Shown one piece after another: positions 36,831 through 51,358 of a stretch of 64,000 nt of DNA. The notes beneath the pieces were generated by a model. That model was not told the DNA's origin. It worked only from the letters and a program-made list of their open reading frames with translations, and ran no database searches. The translations under genes were made by a program, and so were the position numbers. The stretch spans positions 107,014,001 through 107,078,000 of the forward strand of contig NC_045696.1 of the NCBI RefSeq assembly GCF_009834535.1, written 5' to 3'. Every line of letters starts with the position of its first letter. Within the stretch, counting starts at the first letter, position 1. The stretch is from Camelus ferus (lineage: Eukaryota).

Positions 36831-38174
36831 GTCCATTGAAAAGGGAAAAATAAATAAAATAAATGAGTTTTACAAGGCAGGTGGTACTTTCTAATGTCAA
36901 AGCCTATGGAACTGTGAATTGTGTTAAGACCACAGCAAAGACCCGCCTCAAAAAAAGGATAAAATTCAGAGGTCACACAATCACACAATGACAGGCATAA
37001 GAAAAAAGTAAATAGTAGTATATTTGACATAGATTCATCTTCAGTGAAGTGAAGCGGAAAGAATAGTCTGACTATTCTGAAATTAGACTTCCTACATAGA
37101 TTGAAAGTAGCTAAAATTGAAAGGGGAAAAGGGTACGAGACAGAAGTAAATATCTGTATTAGAAAAGAGAAAAGGAAGATCTCATCTCATTGGCTGGTAA
37201 GCTGGTTCACTGTTCATGGAACAGTAAGAAAGGCAGATTCTACCATGGCAAAGAAATGGCCGTACAGAATGGAAGTTCCATGAGAAGGGGGACTGTTTTT
37301 CACTCACTGTTGTATCACTAGTGCCTAGATAGTAGCTAGCACCTAGTAAGTGTTTATTAAATAAATTATTTAATAAGTCAAAAGGCTAAAGTTGAGCAGA
37401 TTATTGTGGGATAGAACCAAGATGGCACAAAGATAATCACCAGTAACCAAAAAAAAAAAAAAAAAAAAAAAAAAATCAGGTTTATGATTGAGGGTTCAAT
37501 AACCGCTGTAAAAAAAAAAAATCCCAAGTTTTCAATGATGTAACCAATGAAGTTTTCTTATTCCCATCATAATCTGATAACAAAGATTGGTGGAGACAAT
37601 TCTGTTCCACGTAGCCATTCGGGGAATCATTTTTTATTCATCTATTGACTCCATCGCTTCTAGAGTCTCAACCCCTCCATTAAGTCCTTGGTATCTAGCT
37701 GGTGACAGCAGAAAAGGGAATTCATGGAAGATCACATGTAGGGTTTTTAAGGGGTCAGGTTTGGAAGAGATATCTATCACTTCTACCTACACTCCACTGG
37801 CCAAGACTTAGTCAGAGTTCCCACTTACTGCAAGAGATACTAGAAAATGTACTCTAGCTGCAACCAACCAGGTAAGCAGCATGCCAGAGCATCAAAGAGA
37901 CAGTTGCAGATACCAGAAATACTGATTCTATAGGTCGATGTCTGGGCCTGTTGAGAGAGTGAGAAGCCAAGGTCAAGAATTCATACAAGGTAGAGAGTCT
38001 TGTCTGAGATCTTCCTCATACTAATTTGAGATCCCAAAGAGTTACACCTTTAGGGAAAGAAAATCAAGTCTAGCTAGATCTGCCTGCTCGGAACGGTGGA
38101 AAGAGCTACCCTGATAAGCAGATCAGAAGAGGATCAAAGAAGCCATCTTTGGTAGGTCTTAGCTACAGACGGGA

Positions 38175-38715
38175 CTTATCTGCAGTCAGGTTCTTCAAGA
38201 AGCAGGCCCCGAGTCAGGGATTCAGTGAAGAAGATTTTTTGAGAAAGTACTCTCAGGAAACACTGGTGACTAAGAGAAGCAGGATAGAGAAAAGGAAGAA
38301 GCCAACCTAGGGAGGAAATTCAGGTGAGTCCCAGCCTCAGCCTGATCCCTCAGGGAGCGCTAAAGTATAAATTGCACTTCACAGATTTTCTTACCTCCAG
38401 GCAAGGGAGCGGGCTTTGTACTCCTGCGCCAATTATTCTTTGGCTATAGACTTTCTTGAGGGAAAATAAACTCCCAGGTATTTCTGTACAAATCAGTTGG
38501 TGGTTACAGGTAACCCTGAGGGCATATACTCCCAGAAAATTCCAGCTACCTCAGTGGGCAAAGTGAATCCAACTGTCCAAGGGCAATGCTCTGAAGAATG
38601 TTACAGGTACTAGCTATTAGCGACAAAGCACAACAATGTTGGGGGATAAACGCACAGAAACAGTAATAGAGATTAAAAAGAATTTAAAAGGGTCACCAAC
38701 AGTGTCCATTATAGG
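38175..38715 (-). mobile_element. LTR16-like ERVL LTR
   Basis: 'agtcagggttcttcaagaagcaggccc...ggaagaagccaa...gtcccagcctcagcctgatccctcaggg'-type sequence, similar to the 1.3-kb copy. Confidence 0.5.
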
Positions 38716-38929
38716 TCCTCATGCACAACTGGAGACCAACACCCCCATTTTCAGGGTGACCCAGAAACCCGCAGTCCTTGAACTTATTTTGTGATGGTCC
38801 CAAAGGGTAGGGCACCTAGGTCCCTGGAAGTAGCCAGCATAGGGTCCCTCTACAGGGGAGCACTTCCATTATAGATACTGGGGAAACCCCACAAATTACA
38901 TTTGAAAAGCAATGACCAGCAAGCAATCA

Positions 38930-41160
38930 GAAATTACCAGGCATATAAACATACAAGATAATATAAATAGATATAAGAACTAAGAGAATCTACAGAGAGC
39001 AGAAACAGATCCACACAGACTTCAGATATTGCAACTATCAGACACCATTTGGTAAGATGCTTATATCATAGTTATTTACCATGTTTAAAAATATAAATGG
39101 CAAACTTGAAAATATCTGCTGGAAACAGAAGACTATAAAATGTATCATAGCAAATTTAGAAAAAATAACTAAATAGAGTGTCTAGAAATAAAAATAAAAT
39201 AACAAAAGTTTTAAACTCAGAAGAGAAAAAGACAAAGAGATAGATGTAATTTGTAAAAAGAAAATGGCTAAGAAACTTCAAAACTGATTAAAGACTTTAC
39301 AGATTCAAGAATCTCAAGCAGGTTAAATAAAAAGAAATCTACCTCTTAGAAAAAAATCATTGAAAATTTGAAGAAAACTAAAGAAAAATAAAAAATCTTA
39401 AATGCAGCAAGTAAAAATGAAGTTTATCTTCAAAGACAAGACACTTAGACCAACAACTGACTTCTGAACAGCAACAATGAAAGTTAAAAAGAAAAACAAT
39501 TGAATATCTTTTCGAATTCCCAAAGGAAAAAAAAAAAAACCATGCAACCTAGAATTCTATATCCAACAAGAATATTTTTTGAGAAAAGACAAAATAAAGA
39601 CATGTCAGAAAATACAGAAAAAATTCATCACTAGTAAACCCTCACTGAAAAAATTCTAAAGGACATACTATAAGCAGTAATTCCAGATTAAAAGTCTGAG
39701 ACACAGGGAGGTATGAAATGAAACTGAGTTGAACTACATGGGAATTGTAAATAAACATTGATGTTATAAAACAGTAATAGTGTCTACAGAGTTAAAAACT
39801 AAAAAGGCATTTTTACCAGATAGTAATAATATATAAGTCAAAAGTATGATAAATGGAATTACAGTATTCTAAGGTGTTCTTTGGAAGATGGAGAAGAGTT
39901 ATTAACTTTTTCATAATTTAAATATGCTTTTTATAATTTCCAGAGTACCTGCTAAAAGAATATAAACAGAGCACATAATACCTCCCCCCCAAAAGTTAGG
40001 AGGAGTGGAATAAAAACTAATTAAAATTTAGAAAGAGAGAAGCAAACATAAATTGATATAGAAAATAGCATAAAAAATTCCAAATATATCAGTAATCATG
40101 ATGAATATAAATGAATAATCCTTCAACTAAAGAAAAATGATTTAAAATATAAAATCCAACTATATGTTTACAAAAATATACAATATAAGGATATAAAAAA
40201 CTTAAAAGTAAAAGTTAACATGAAAATACTAATAGACAGATGGTATAGCTATGTTAACATCAAACAAAATAGAATTTGATGCAAAAATCATTCCTAGAGA
40301 TAAGCACAACCTCTTCATAATAATAAAAAGGCTCAATTCACGAGGAAAATAAAACAATTTCACTCTTATGTGCATTTGTAACATGGCCTAAAATAATGTA
40401 CAACTTAACAAATAGAAAAGTAAATATCCGCAAATTGTGAAGATTCAACACTCCTCTTTCAGTATTTGATAGACTATGCTGATACAAATCAGTGAGGATA
40501 TTTTAAAATCCTGTTTGAAAAACAGAATTAACAAGCTTCACCAAATGGACATACAAAGAACACTGTGCCCAATAACAGAGAATATACGGTGTTTGTGAAC
40601 TTACGCATACATTTACAAAAATAGACCATATAACGGACCATAAAGAGTCTCAACAAATTTCTGAAGACTGAGATCAGAATATATTCTCTGACCACAGCGC
40701 AATTAAACCAGAAACAATATTAAAACATTCTTAAATTCTGAAGTATTGGGAAATTAAAGTTTATTGATAACCACAGGTAATGGGAAATAATAATGCAAAT
40801 TTGAAAACACTTAGAGCTAAATGACAGTGAAAATATTACACTGAAACCTTTAGGAAGTAATAGCCTTAAAATGCATTATTAGTAAAGAAAATAATTAATG
40901 AGCTCAAAAAGTCAGGAGAAGAAGTGGGGAGGGGGAGCCTAGAAAAGAGAGAACAGCAGAAATCAGTGAAACATACAGCAAACATGAAAAAGAAAAAGGG
41001 AAAACAAAGCCAAAGTTGATTCTCTAGAATAAGAGATGGCACCGATAACTAACCACAGGAATGAAAAGGAAATGAGTTCAGGTGCTGAAGACATCAAATA
41101 GATAAGAGAAAGTTATGAGCAAATCAATGCCTATAAATTTGAAAATAAAAATGAAATGGA
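38930..41160 (+). mobile_element. Old L1M remnant (ORF1 and ORF2 endonuclease region)
   Basis: 'caacctagaattctatatccaac' (QPRILYP, ORF1), 'acatttacaaaaatagaccata' (TFTKIDH) and 'tattctctgaccacagcgcaattaaac' (FSDHSAIK) endonuclease motifs; heavily decayed. Confidence 0.8.
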
Positions 41161-41162
41161 CA

Positions 41163-42480
41163 CGGTGGCACATCTGGCATGTTTGGTACCCAGATCAGAT
41201 CATTTCTAACCCTCCAACTTCTATTCAACAAAATTGTTTTCAGAAATAGTCATGGACTCAACCAAGTAATACTAATGGCCAGAAAAATACATAAGTGGTG
41301 AAAATTTATTTTATTGAGCTATATATGCTAGTAAACACACACACATACATACCCAAAAAAAGTTTTAATAAAATAAATAAAAGAAAAAAAATTTTAAGTA
41401 GTAGAGAAATACTTTCAGATTGCCTGGATGTATTTTTAAAGAATAAGTACTCTTTTCTTTTTTAATAGAAGTAAGTTCAGTTACAATGTGTCAATTTCTG
41501 GTCCCAGCATAATGTCCCAGTCATACATATACATACATATATTCGTTTTCATATTCTTTTTCATGAATAAATACTTATAGTTCACATTGATCTGTCACAG
41601 TAATGAACACACATATTATAATTTCTATTTTTGAGCCTAAACTTCTAAGAGTTTGTCCATGACTTCATCAAAATTGATCTTGCTCACCTACTCATGTCCA
41701 GAGACAGTCTAACCAGATTTGTCAATCTGTCTTCACTCAGAGTTGAACAAAAAAAAATGTTTTTTGTTAATTTTAAGTTTGAAAACTGTCTTTCATATGA
41801 AGAAACAGATATACAAGCTAGTCAGGAAATGTCTTAAACACAGTGTTAATTATGGCCAAACTTCATAAAAATATCACCTCACAATAAAGTCCTGAAATTG
41901 CAATACTGCCCATGCCTTTGTTCTTTGAGAGCCATTCTAGGTGATTTCAAACATCTCTACAGATGTTTACAAAGTCCAAGGGGATCACATGGAATGGCAG
42001 AATTTATGTAACCCCAGTTCTGTTTCTTTGTCTTTCCAATCACTGCACTATTGTTGTTGGTTTCTAATCTGCTATTCAGACCCAGGAATGTGTAGTATAC
42101 CACAGAGGTTAGAGAAACACCTGCACCCAAGGCAGGCAAACTCGGATAATTCCCATTTATTAACAACCTGGCTGTCAAAACAAAGGTAAGTCCAAGAGCC
42201 CACCCTTTAAATTGCGAAGTCTCCAAATTAACTTTCACATAGAATATAGTGATTTTTAAAGAATAAGTTTTTTTTAAGTGCCAGTTTGAAGCTCACATAT
42301 ATATTATTAAAATGCAGCAGAAATCTCAGCCATTTTTTCTACAGCCAACAAAAGATTGGGAGGGGGTTTGGAATTGCTGGCATTTTTGTTGATTTTATTA
42401 CTGTTTTAAAATTCTTTACAGACAACGTACTCCCTTATTGCATACATCTAGGGTGGTTGTTTCCACCGCCTGATTTTGGT
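41163..42480 (-). mobile_element. hAT-Tip100-type DNA transposon remnant with transposase C-terminus
   Basis: Minus strand ~41846-41617 reads, with frameshifts, TLCLRHFLT/CISVSSYERQFSNLKLTKN/STLSEDRLTNLVRLSL/HE*VSKINFDEVMDK, a hATC dimerisation-domain pattern; outer boundaries approximate. Confidence 0.7.
41452..41564 (-). mobile_element. Short young L1 3'-UTR fragment inside the Tip100-type element
   Basis: 'cagttacaatgtgtcaatttctgg...cagcataatgtcccagtcatacatatacatac'; approximate TSD gaataagtact / gaataaatact. Confidence 0.8.
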
Positions 42481-43049
42481 ACTAAGTGGACAAATGCCTA
42501 GCACATTGCAACTTATCAAACCTCTCTGCCATCAGAATACACACATAAGAATGTTCATAGCAGCACTGTTCATAATTGCCAAGCATATCATCCGATGGAA
42601 TACTACACAGCCAACTCCTTTCTAATACTGCCTTGTTTCTTTATAACACTTACACAATTTGTTGCAATATCTCTGTTCATTGCTTACTCTTGTCTATTGC
42701 CAATTCCCCAACTGGGTGATAAGCTCCACAAAGGCAAAGCATTAAGTCCCAATCTTCACTTAGCATCCAGCCTGGTGCCTGAGACATGGTCAGTGCTCAG
42801 AAGTCATTTCATGCATGAATGAATGATGAATGGTTACAGTTGAGTTCTGCTTGCCTAGAAACCATTCTGTCACTTGGAGGTGACTTAGTTGATCTATTAT
42901 ATATTTATCTTTTTACAAAACAAATTTTCTTCAATTCCCAAATCCTCGAGGACCCTCACTATATACCCAAATACTAACATGGGCAATGGTGGGTGTGGAA
43001 TTGATTTACTCTGAGGACACTGGACATCAGTCAGAATATAACAAAAATT

Positions 43050-43235
43050 ATTAGCATTTATTGAGTGCTTACTATTTGCAGGCCAACTCTAAGAGTCTCG
43101 GTATTCACAGCCATCATATGAAGTCATGCTCGTGTTATTACCATTTTGCAGATAGGGAAACAGAGGCGCGGAGTGGCTTTCCTAAACTCATACAGCTGGG
43201 TAAGTGGTGGAGCTAGATTCAAACCCAACAGACAC
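43050..43235 (-). mobile_element. MIR SINE
   Basis: 'agcatttattgagtgcttactat...ccattttgcagatagggaaacagagg...acagctgggtaagtggtggagctagattcaaaccc'. Confidence 0.75.
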
Positions 43236-44386
43236 ACTGTGCTATGCTGCATCAGATATTCAGGGTTGAAACTAAGAGTATGAATTTCAACTCACAGCAC
43301 AAATAGGTTGGCAGGTTGAACACCTTGGCCTGGGTTGTGTGGTGAAGAGAAGACTGAGCTAATGGCCACCGCGTGGGGCCTGTGAAGCCGGGCTCTGGAA
43401 AGCCAGTGCCCACGTGGGCTTCCAATAAAGAACCCTTCAGATCCCACCTTTTTCCTATGCTGGGTAATCGCAGGATTTACCTGGAGGAGCCAGGATTGCA
43501 TCTCTTGTGATCCTGGCTGGGGGACTCAGAGTGCCTGTTGCTACTGGAGTCATCTATAATTAGAGGATTAAACCTTCTCACATTTGGGCTGACTGCAGGC
43601 GTCCTTGACAAGCATCAGTCTTACAGATGGGAACAGATGTCTGTGTGGCTTGTGGCTCCGTGTACAGATGGATAGAACTTCAGAAAAACAGAACAGGAAA
43701 ATCAACTGCAGAGAACTTTCAAGTTTTCATTTCTGTCTGCACAGATTTTTATTCCCTTTTTTGAACATGTTATGCTCCCAGGGTGTAAAGCCATCCTTCC
43801 TTCCTCTGCCACCCCGCCGGCTGTGCAGTGCAACACCTGCCCAGCTCCGCTCCACTGCACTGGATTACATGCCGTCTAGGTACATGGTCATTCACACTCC
43901 AGGTTTGTTTGGCATAGGACAAGCATCAAAGGTCCCTTCCAAAATTGCCCATCCTTTCACTGGCTCCTAGGCTGAGGCTCGTGGTCTGCATTTTGCCCTC
44001 CAGGGACCCAATGAAGGTCCCTGGAAGTACTAATCCACAGCTCCCAGTCTTTCTGACCTCCCTGCTGGTAAGCTACTGGAATATTATTGAATTATAGCAT
44101 GTTTATCGCCAAGACATCAGACAACATTAAAGTGTATTAATGTTTTTTGAAGGTTTCAAATGTACTTTATTTCTTCAGTCATGACACATTTTAATAGGTA
44201 CACCATGCTTTTACTTGGCATCAGTTATGAGTTGGTCTTGAAACAATTCAGTATTAAACCAGCTGTGATGAGCTTTAAAGTCCATTAAGGAGAGAATTAA
44301 AGTCCCCAGTCATTCTACCCACACCCTCTAGGTGGCCATTGTTACTAGCTTGGTGCCTATAGTCACAAAACCCTTCAAAGCATCTA

Positions 44387-44421
<35 letters not shown>

Positions 44422-44426
44422 TAGAT
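44387..44426. repeat. Compound (AGAT)n(AGAC)n microsatellite
   Basis: Read directly. Confidence 0.9.
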
Positions 44427-44569
44427 GTCAACAAATTAAAGAAATTATATCCAGTATTTTACTGTCTAATTTGCTTAGTACATGTTATGGACATTTGTCT
44501 GTCGGGAAAAATTGAAAGATTGATCTACCTCATCCTTACCAATGACTGCATAGTATTTTATGGTCGAAA

Positions 44570-44910
44570 AGCAAACCCATTGCAGTGAAGAAAGTCACCA
44601 TCCATCCATGTGAAAACTGGCTGTCTTCCCTGACACCTCCCCAAATCCAATTATTTACCAAGTTCCAGTGAATTTGCTTCCTGAATTCACTCAGATGCAG
44701 CCCTCCTCTCCTCTCTGTCGCCTCCACTTGAGTCTAAGCTATCATCTTCTCTCTTACATTTCTGCAATTGTCTCTCAATAGGTACCTTTTCAAATTATAA
44801 TTCTGATCATGTCATCAAGCCCAACATCCAGCCCCTCTGGCTTTAAAAGCATTGTGATGGCTTCCTTGGCTCTTGAGATACAAGATGCCTTAGTGTGGCC
44901 CACAAGGTCC
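44570..44910 (+). mobile_element. L2 LINE fragment
   Basis: Pyrimidine-rich 'tcaccatccatcca...aaatccaattatttaccaagttcc...tctgatcatgtca...tggcccacaaggtcct' typical of L2. Confidence 0.55.
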
Positions 44911-46144
44911 TCACAGGGAGACCCCCGCTGAGGCAAAAGTTCATGCACATTTAAAATTGTGACAGTCATCATCAGTCTGCTCTCCAAAAAGGTAAGTGAG
45001 CTCACATCACCACCAATGGTATTTGAAAGTATGAGTGAGAAAGAGATTCTTTTAAACATCTCCTTCTCCACCCCACGACAACCACCATACCATACAAAAA
45101 AAAAAAAAAAAAAGGAAAGAAAGAAAGAAACCAAAAAAAAGTAACAAACAAACAAACAAAAAACCTCCCAGGGTCTAAATGTTGATTTAGCCAGCATTAT
45201 GTCTTACATCCATAAAATAATATGACTCAAGGCAATGTTAAATTAATAGAGAAAATGCCGCAGTCGCCTCAGCTCTGCCAGCGATGTTAACCACACAAAG
45301 GCTCAGTTGGGAGGTAATTACAAACCATAGACTCCCTGGCCTCCCGCAGGCGTGAAGGAGGGAAGGTCTGCTTGGCTGCTGAGCACTTCCAATTTCAGTA
45401 TCTCTCAGGCAGCCAGCTGGAGGCTGCCATCTGGTTTGCAACGGGAGATCCCTGGATGGTTCTTTCTTCAATCTGGAAAAGTGTTCGGTGTTCATTTCCT
45501 CTTTTTAACTGTTCTCTGGATCAATTTGGGGCCACGCCCTCCCCACACATTTTCTCCAGGGTTAATTCTTAACAAACACTCAGCGAACCATGAGGTCTCT
45601 GATCTAAGAGTAGAATCACATTTTGAACCCATGTTTATACCAGATTCTGGTTTAAACCCAACGTGGTACTGCCTAACTATTCAGATTTTTCTATGGAAGC
45701 CACAGAAAGAAGCAACAGCTTAAAATTTCCCCCAAATAGAGCTCCCATATTTCATTTACTCATTCACTCCCTCCCTCAATAAAGAACCGTGGGACACATA
45801 GTATGTGCCAAACACTGAGTACAGTGCTAGGAAAATAGCAAAGAAAAAGACAGAAACAACCTCTTTTCTCCTGAGGATTGCAGCCTAGAAAAGCAGTGTA
45901 TGAGATGAATAGGACCCCAAGACAATGGGTCATTTCCGACTTTTATTCAAGACCCCATTTCTGTTCTCATCATTTAACTTCGGGTCTCATCCTGAGTTAC
46001 CCACAGAGCCTGAACTGTGCTTTCCCAGAGATAACTTACCCACATAAGACAGAATCTTCTCAATTTAATACCTTTTTTTTTTTTTTTTCAGGGCATTTAG
46101 GCTGTTTTTCTTGTCTGCTTTGAAAAAGAAATCTTCCTACTCCT

Positions 46145-46575
46145 TGTGGTAGATTAAATTATTGACCCCAATTCCTCACCCCTCCTTGCACTCATCCCCT
46201 TTGCCCGGGAAATTTGTGATTCCTCCCACTGGAGGACCTTGACCTTGAGCTGAGCCATGTGATTGGCTTTGACCAATGAATGTTAGCAAACATGACACAA
46301 GGAAAAACACACGGACCTGCTTGCATGGCTGTGCCCTCTTGCGCTTCTACCATTACCATGAAAAGAACATGATCAAATCAGTCTTCTGATGCAAGGAAGG
46401 TGAAGGACACCTGGAGGACACCTAGACCCAACCTACAACCTAGAGCCAGGCCCCAGAGAGCACAGCCTAGATTACTGAACCCCAGCCTACTCGTAGGTGC
46501 ATGAGTGAGAACAAATGATTGTTGTTTGAAGGCACTGAGTTTGGGGTGGTTTGTTACATAGCAACAGGTGATCAA
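46145..46575 (+). mobile_element. MaLR solo LTR (MLT1-family)
   Basis: 'tgtggtagattaaatt...gccatgtgattggctttgaccaatg...tgagtgagaacaaatgattgttgtttgaaggcactgagtttggggtggtttgttacatagca'. Confidence 0.75.
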
Positions 46576-47319
46576 TAAAGTCTCCTGCAACTGATGTAAA
46601 AAACCCTAAGTCCCTCTCTCCTATAGCTCTGTTAGGCCTCCTTCTGGAGACCGTAACTAAAAGATGACCATGTTTTAAATTTTTGAGGGGAGTCTGTTTC
46701 TTGGGGAACTATCACAAATAGGATATTTTTACCAGTAAACTGAGCTGTTCCTCTGCCCTTTCTTTGCCTGGTGAAGCTGTCATCTGAGCTCCTTTCTGCC
46801 CTCCCACCAACCAAATAGCACAGGATTCTTCTGGGTTCCTTCTAGGAGGAGAACTGGAAGAGAATTTTGGGTTTATAGCATCACAGGCCTGCATTTAAAG
46901 CACAGCTCTCATATTTATTAGCTGTGTGACCTTGAGCTTTAAGGTGATTTAAAGCCTCTGAATCTCATGTTACTCAACTGAGAAATGAAACTATTACTCA
47001 TCTCAAACTCAATAATATCATCTGTGAAGATCTTGACTTTGGTCTCCATTGCAGGATTCCAAAAAAGTTGTAAGGGTGTTTTTTGCTTTGTTTAATATTG
47101 TTTTATACTTTTTTGTTTTGTTTTGTTTTCTATTCTTGGTTTATCACCATTCTTTACTGTATCTGAGGAACTGGCAGAACTAAAGAAGTAACAAGAGGTC
47201 TCCCTACACTTTCTAGAAGAGAAAAGTCCATTTGAAAAAAAATGCCTTATATTAACACTTCAAAATCTCAAAGTAAGCAACGAACTCTATGACTATATAA
47301 AAATAAAGTATGTCAGGGC

Positions 47320-49400
47320 TTCAGGGGAAAGGTGGCACAAAGAAGCCAAACATAGTCTCCTTCTCTCATATCTTATGAAATAATCCAAAATTAGAAAATA
47401 ATGATAATACCAAAAAAAAAAAAATCACCAACAACAATCCAAATATCTACAGACTTAACAAAGTGGTGTCCAAGAAGTGAATCAAACTTACAGTGTGGCT
47501 CTGTAAAGCTCTCAACATTAGCCTCAGCTCCCAGAAACCAAACTAAGAGGGAGAAAATGTGAGTCAACAAAATCCCGAGACTTCCTCCAGCAGCCTTGAG
47601 TCTGGAGAGATGAGGAGCTGAGCCAAGTAAATATCTATGGTGTCAAATAAAAGACCCCTACTATACACAGTGAAATCTTGGGGTAACAGTAGAAGCAGTA
47701 AAATGGCCTTCCAGGGTGCCATGCTGAATTGAGGGGATGATTTGAAACCTGTGGGGATCCTCCCTAGGAAATAGACACACTGTCATGAGGAGGTATATAT
47801 TCAGAACAGGGCATTGTAACAAAATCCCAGAAGACAGCCCAGAGCCCAGGTCATGCAGCAAAACTTGCCTGAAGTTCCAGAAGACTTCTCCTCCTCCACC
47901 TCCCAGCTCCTGCCTTATGCCCTTGAGGAAACTGAAAAGTGAATTAAACTGCACTATCTCAGGATTTAAACAGCAGCTAAGGAGAAAAACAGATCTCAGC
48001 TACAGAGGGAAAGGAGATTCATCCACACTCAATCAGAGAAATAGAAGGGTGAACAGAGTTGCCTACGTTAACATGAACAACGTAAGAAGAAAAGGTGTGG
48101 CAATTATGCAAATTTACCACATCTAAAGGAATATAGCATGCTAATGACAAAATACCCATTTAGAGGAACATTTTATACAACTATTTGGGCTATAGAGGGG
48201 TTTAATAAAAACATGAAATCAATAATCAAGAGTATGGAAAGCAAAATTACAAAACAGCAGAATGAGACGGAAGGAGAGATCACCTTGCTAATGAAATAGC
48301 TTGAAGACCAAAATCACATCATTAGAGAACTAATAATCAAATTAGAAACATCAGCAAACAATCCAGGATTTACCAATTGAGGAATGATATGAAATAATTA
48401 AAAACAAGTTTTGGGGGAAAAAAGAAAAGGCATTTTAAAGCACTTAGAAAATAATAGATGTGAGGGACAAAAGCCATCCAACTGAAGAAGAGCCCAAAAC
48501 AGAATAGAAACATAGTTAGAGATATAACACAAGAAATTCCTTGCTGTAAAGGAAGGATTAGTACCATGTGCCAGAAAGTTCCACTATGGAATTATCAATA
48601 AGATATCACCTTCTTGCATTATGGAGATTGAAAGACTGTGAAAGAGTTACTTAGCATCCAGAGCCCCCCAAAAACACATATAAAATCACCTGTAAAGAGG
48701 AAAATATCAGACACATAAAGGTAATAGATAAGTATTCTTGACATGAAACAACTTAGAGAATAAAGCATCTAAGACCCCTCCTTGAAAAACCTAATAATGA
48801 ATCCAGCCAATCAGGAATAAATCAAGGAGCAGTGATATAGGAAACAGTGCAAAATTCAGTAGCCAAAGGCAGTGGAACAATGCCCACAGCCTTATTGGGA
48901 AAGAGATTGGGACAACGAACTTTTCTACCCAGCCAGATCAACTGTGGAGGAAATGATCAGAAATGTTTAAGTAGGCAAGAACTCAGAGAGCAAGGACTAT
49001 GAGCTCATCATGAAAAAAGCTTAAGAGAAAATTCAGCAAACCAAAAATAAGTTATAATTTTTCAAAGTAAATAATTCAGGAAAGCAGAAACTGTGGTACA
49101 AAGACAGGTAGTAAGCAGCAAATTCATTTAATTGTAGATGTAAGACTAAACCATGATAATTGTGGAATTATAGAATTATAAATGTAGAATATAAGTGCTT
49201 TCAATTCTAACATTTTTTTAAAGTAATGTTACTAAAAAGCTCCTAAGATGAAGGGAGTGGGAAATGAGGTGAGAGGAAGATTAAAAGTTTTAATTTCCTT
49301 ATCTATCATAGCAGAGAGTCAATCAATACGTCTAAAATTAAACATGGATCTTTTTTTTAAAAAAAACTCTAACTTTCTTAATTTTTTATAATCTTTTTTT
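47320..49400 (+). mobile_element. Old HAL1/L1M-like LINE remnant
   Basis: A-rich decayed ORF1-like sequence, e.g. 'aacttttctacccagccagatc', 'ggcaagaactcagagagc'; boundaries rough. Confidence 0.45.
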
Positions 49401-49759
49401 TATAACCTTAGGGAGAACTTTTAGGATCTAATATCTCTGTGGTTACAAAAAAAAAAAAAATTATCTATAGTTCCATGATTCTTTTGGTTTTTCTTTGGTT
49501 TCTTTTTCTTCTGTTAAATTCAAGAAGAAAATCAATTTAATGCTTTTTTATTTTTCTAAAAATGTATAATGAGGCCCAATTTTTACAAAATTATTCTGCA
49601 TTTTTCATTCCTTTTACACACTTAAAGAGTTATCTGGAATGATGTTCACCTGAAGTTATTAGGTCATTTCTTGGCAGAATTTGAGGCAATATTTTTATTC
49701 TCGTCTTTAATGTTTTGCTTATTTTAAGAAAAATAAACTCATTTAGTCTTCAGTGCATA

Positions 49760-50332
49760 AGCAGAAGATAGCAAAAATTGATCACAAAATCCTCCCATCT
49801 CGTCCACATGCTCCTTTGCAATATGACTTTGCAGCTTCACCATCCTGGGGTAGATTCAGTTTCCCCATCCCTTGAATTTGAACTGGCCTGTAAGTTGACT
49901 TCTTCTATCCAATAGAATGTGGCAGAAATAACCCACAACTTCCAAACATAGGCTATAAAAGCTTTGTAACAGCTTCTCTTACCTTGTCAGAATACTTCCC
50001 TGAAACTGCTGTGTGATGAAACCCTGGTTAACTTTCTGAAGGAGGAGAGGCCACATTGCAGAGTTGAGCAGTCAAAGCCCCACAGACTTGCCAACTGACA
50101 AGCTGCGCCATTCACCACATGTGTGAATGAGGACGCCTTACACCATGTAGCCTCAGTAGAGCTGTCTGATGACCGCAGCCACTAAGTGACCCCAGATGAG
50201 GTTGCAGAAGAGCTGTCCAACTGAGACCAACTCAAACTGCTGCTTCACCAAATTGTGAGCAAGTAAAATAACTATTGTTTCAAGCTGCTAATTTTGGGGT
50301 GGCTTGTTATGCAGCAATAGATAACTGATACA
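49760..50332 (+). mobile_element. MaLR solo LTR (MLT1-family)
   Basis: 'ccccatcccttgaatttgaactggcctg...ccaatagaatgtggcagaa...tgtttcaagctgctaattttggggtggcttgttatgcagcaatagataactgataca'. Confidence 0.8.
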
Positions 50333-51358
50333 TATTAGCATAGGCTCTGTTAAAACACAGTCAGGCATCTAATTTATGTGGAAGACTGAGCACATATATT
50401 TGTGTCCTCAAATCCATGGAGCTGACATTGAAGAAATATAAAAGGAATAAAGTCATAAGAAAAAATCCCGAAGGCCCCACCCAGGTCTAAACTACTCCCT
50501 GGCAGACAGTGAGAACACAATGACCTTCTCATGTATCATGCTTCACCCCCTAGGTCTGGAAGGAGACACCTTCCCTGAGCACAGGACCTAGCAGATGCTA
50601 AGTATCTAAAATAGGAAAGGAAAAAATGAGGGTCACTCACATCTACCAACCAATATTATGAAAAACATATTCCATCAAAACTTCTCTAAGAAATAAATGA
50701 GCTCTTCTCAGTGAAATAAACACTTCTCATAGACTCAAACATCAAATCCATATTTATAGGATAAAGAAGTGAAAATGGAGCCAAAAAAGGAGACAGATAC
50801 GGAATATTCCTGGAAACAGAAGACACTTGCAGTGTATTCATTCAACCACAAGTATTCATTTAGCGTCTACTATGTGCTGGACATTATACCTACACCAGAA
50901 ACCAAAAGAAAGCACTACAAGAAAGAGAAGACAAGAATGTTGTCAAATGTTGTAAAGAAGTCAAAGAGGATGAGGTCTGACAAAGGGCCAGTGGCTGCAG
51001 TGAAGGAAGGGAGTCCCTGACTACCCTGCAGAGTGCATTTTTCATGGAGAGTTGGAGGCGGATGCAGACAGTGAAACTTACAGAGGGAGGAATGGGGAGA
51101 GAGTGAGTACAGGGGTTAGAAGACCACTTATGTAGAAAGTTTGGGGGTCACAAGCAGGTAGGGAATGGAATAGCAATCACAGGTAGCAGGTTTGTTGAAG
51201 AGAGAGAACTTGAGTTTGAATAGAGGGAAAGCAAGCAGATGTATGTAAAGATTTTGATGTTCTGAGGTGAAATGGGCAGAAGAAAAAAGCCATCCCATCA
51301 GATAGCCCAGATGCTCTCTCAGCAAAGGAGATGAGCTTATTTCAGAAAATAGATTCCT

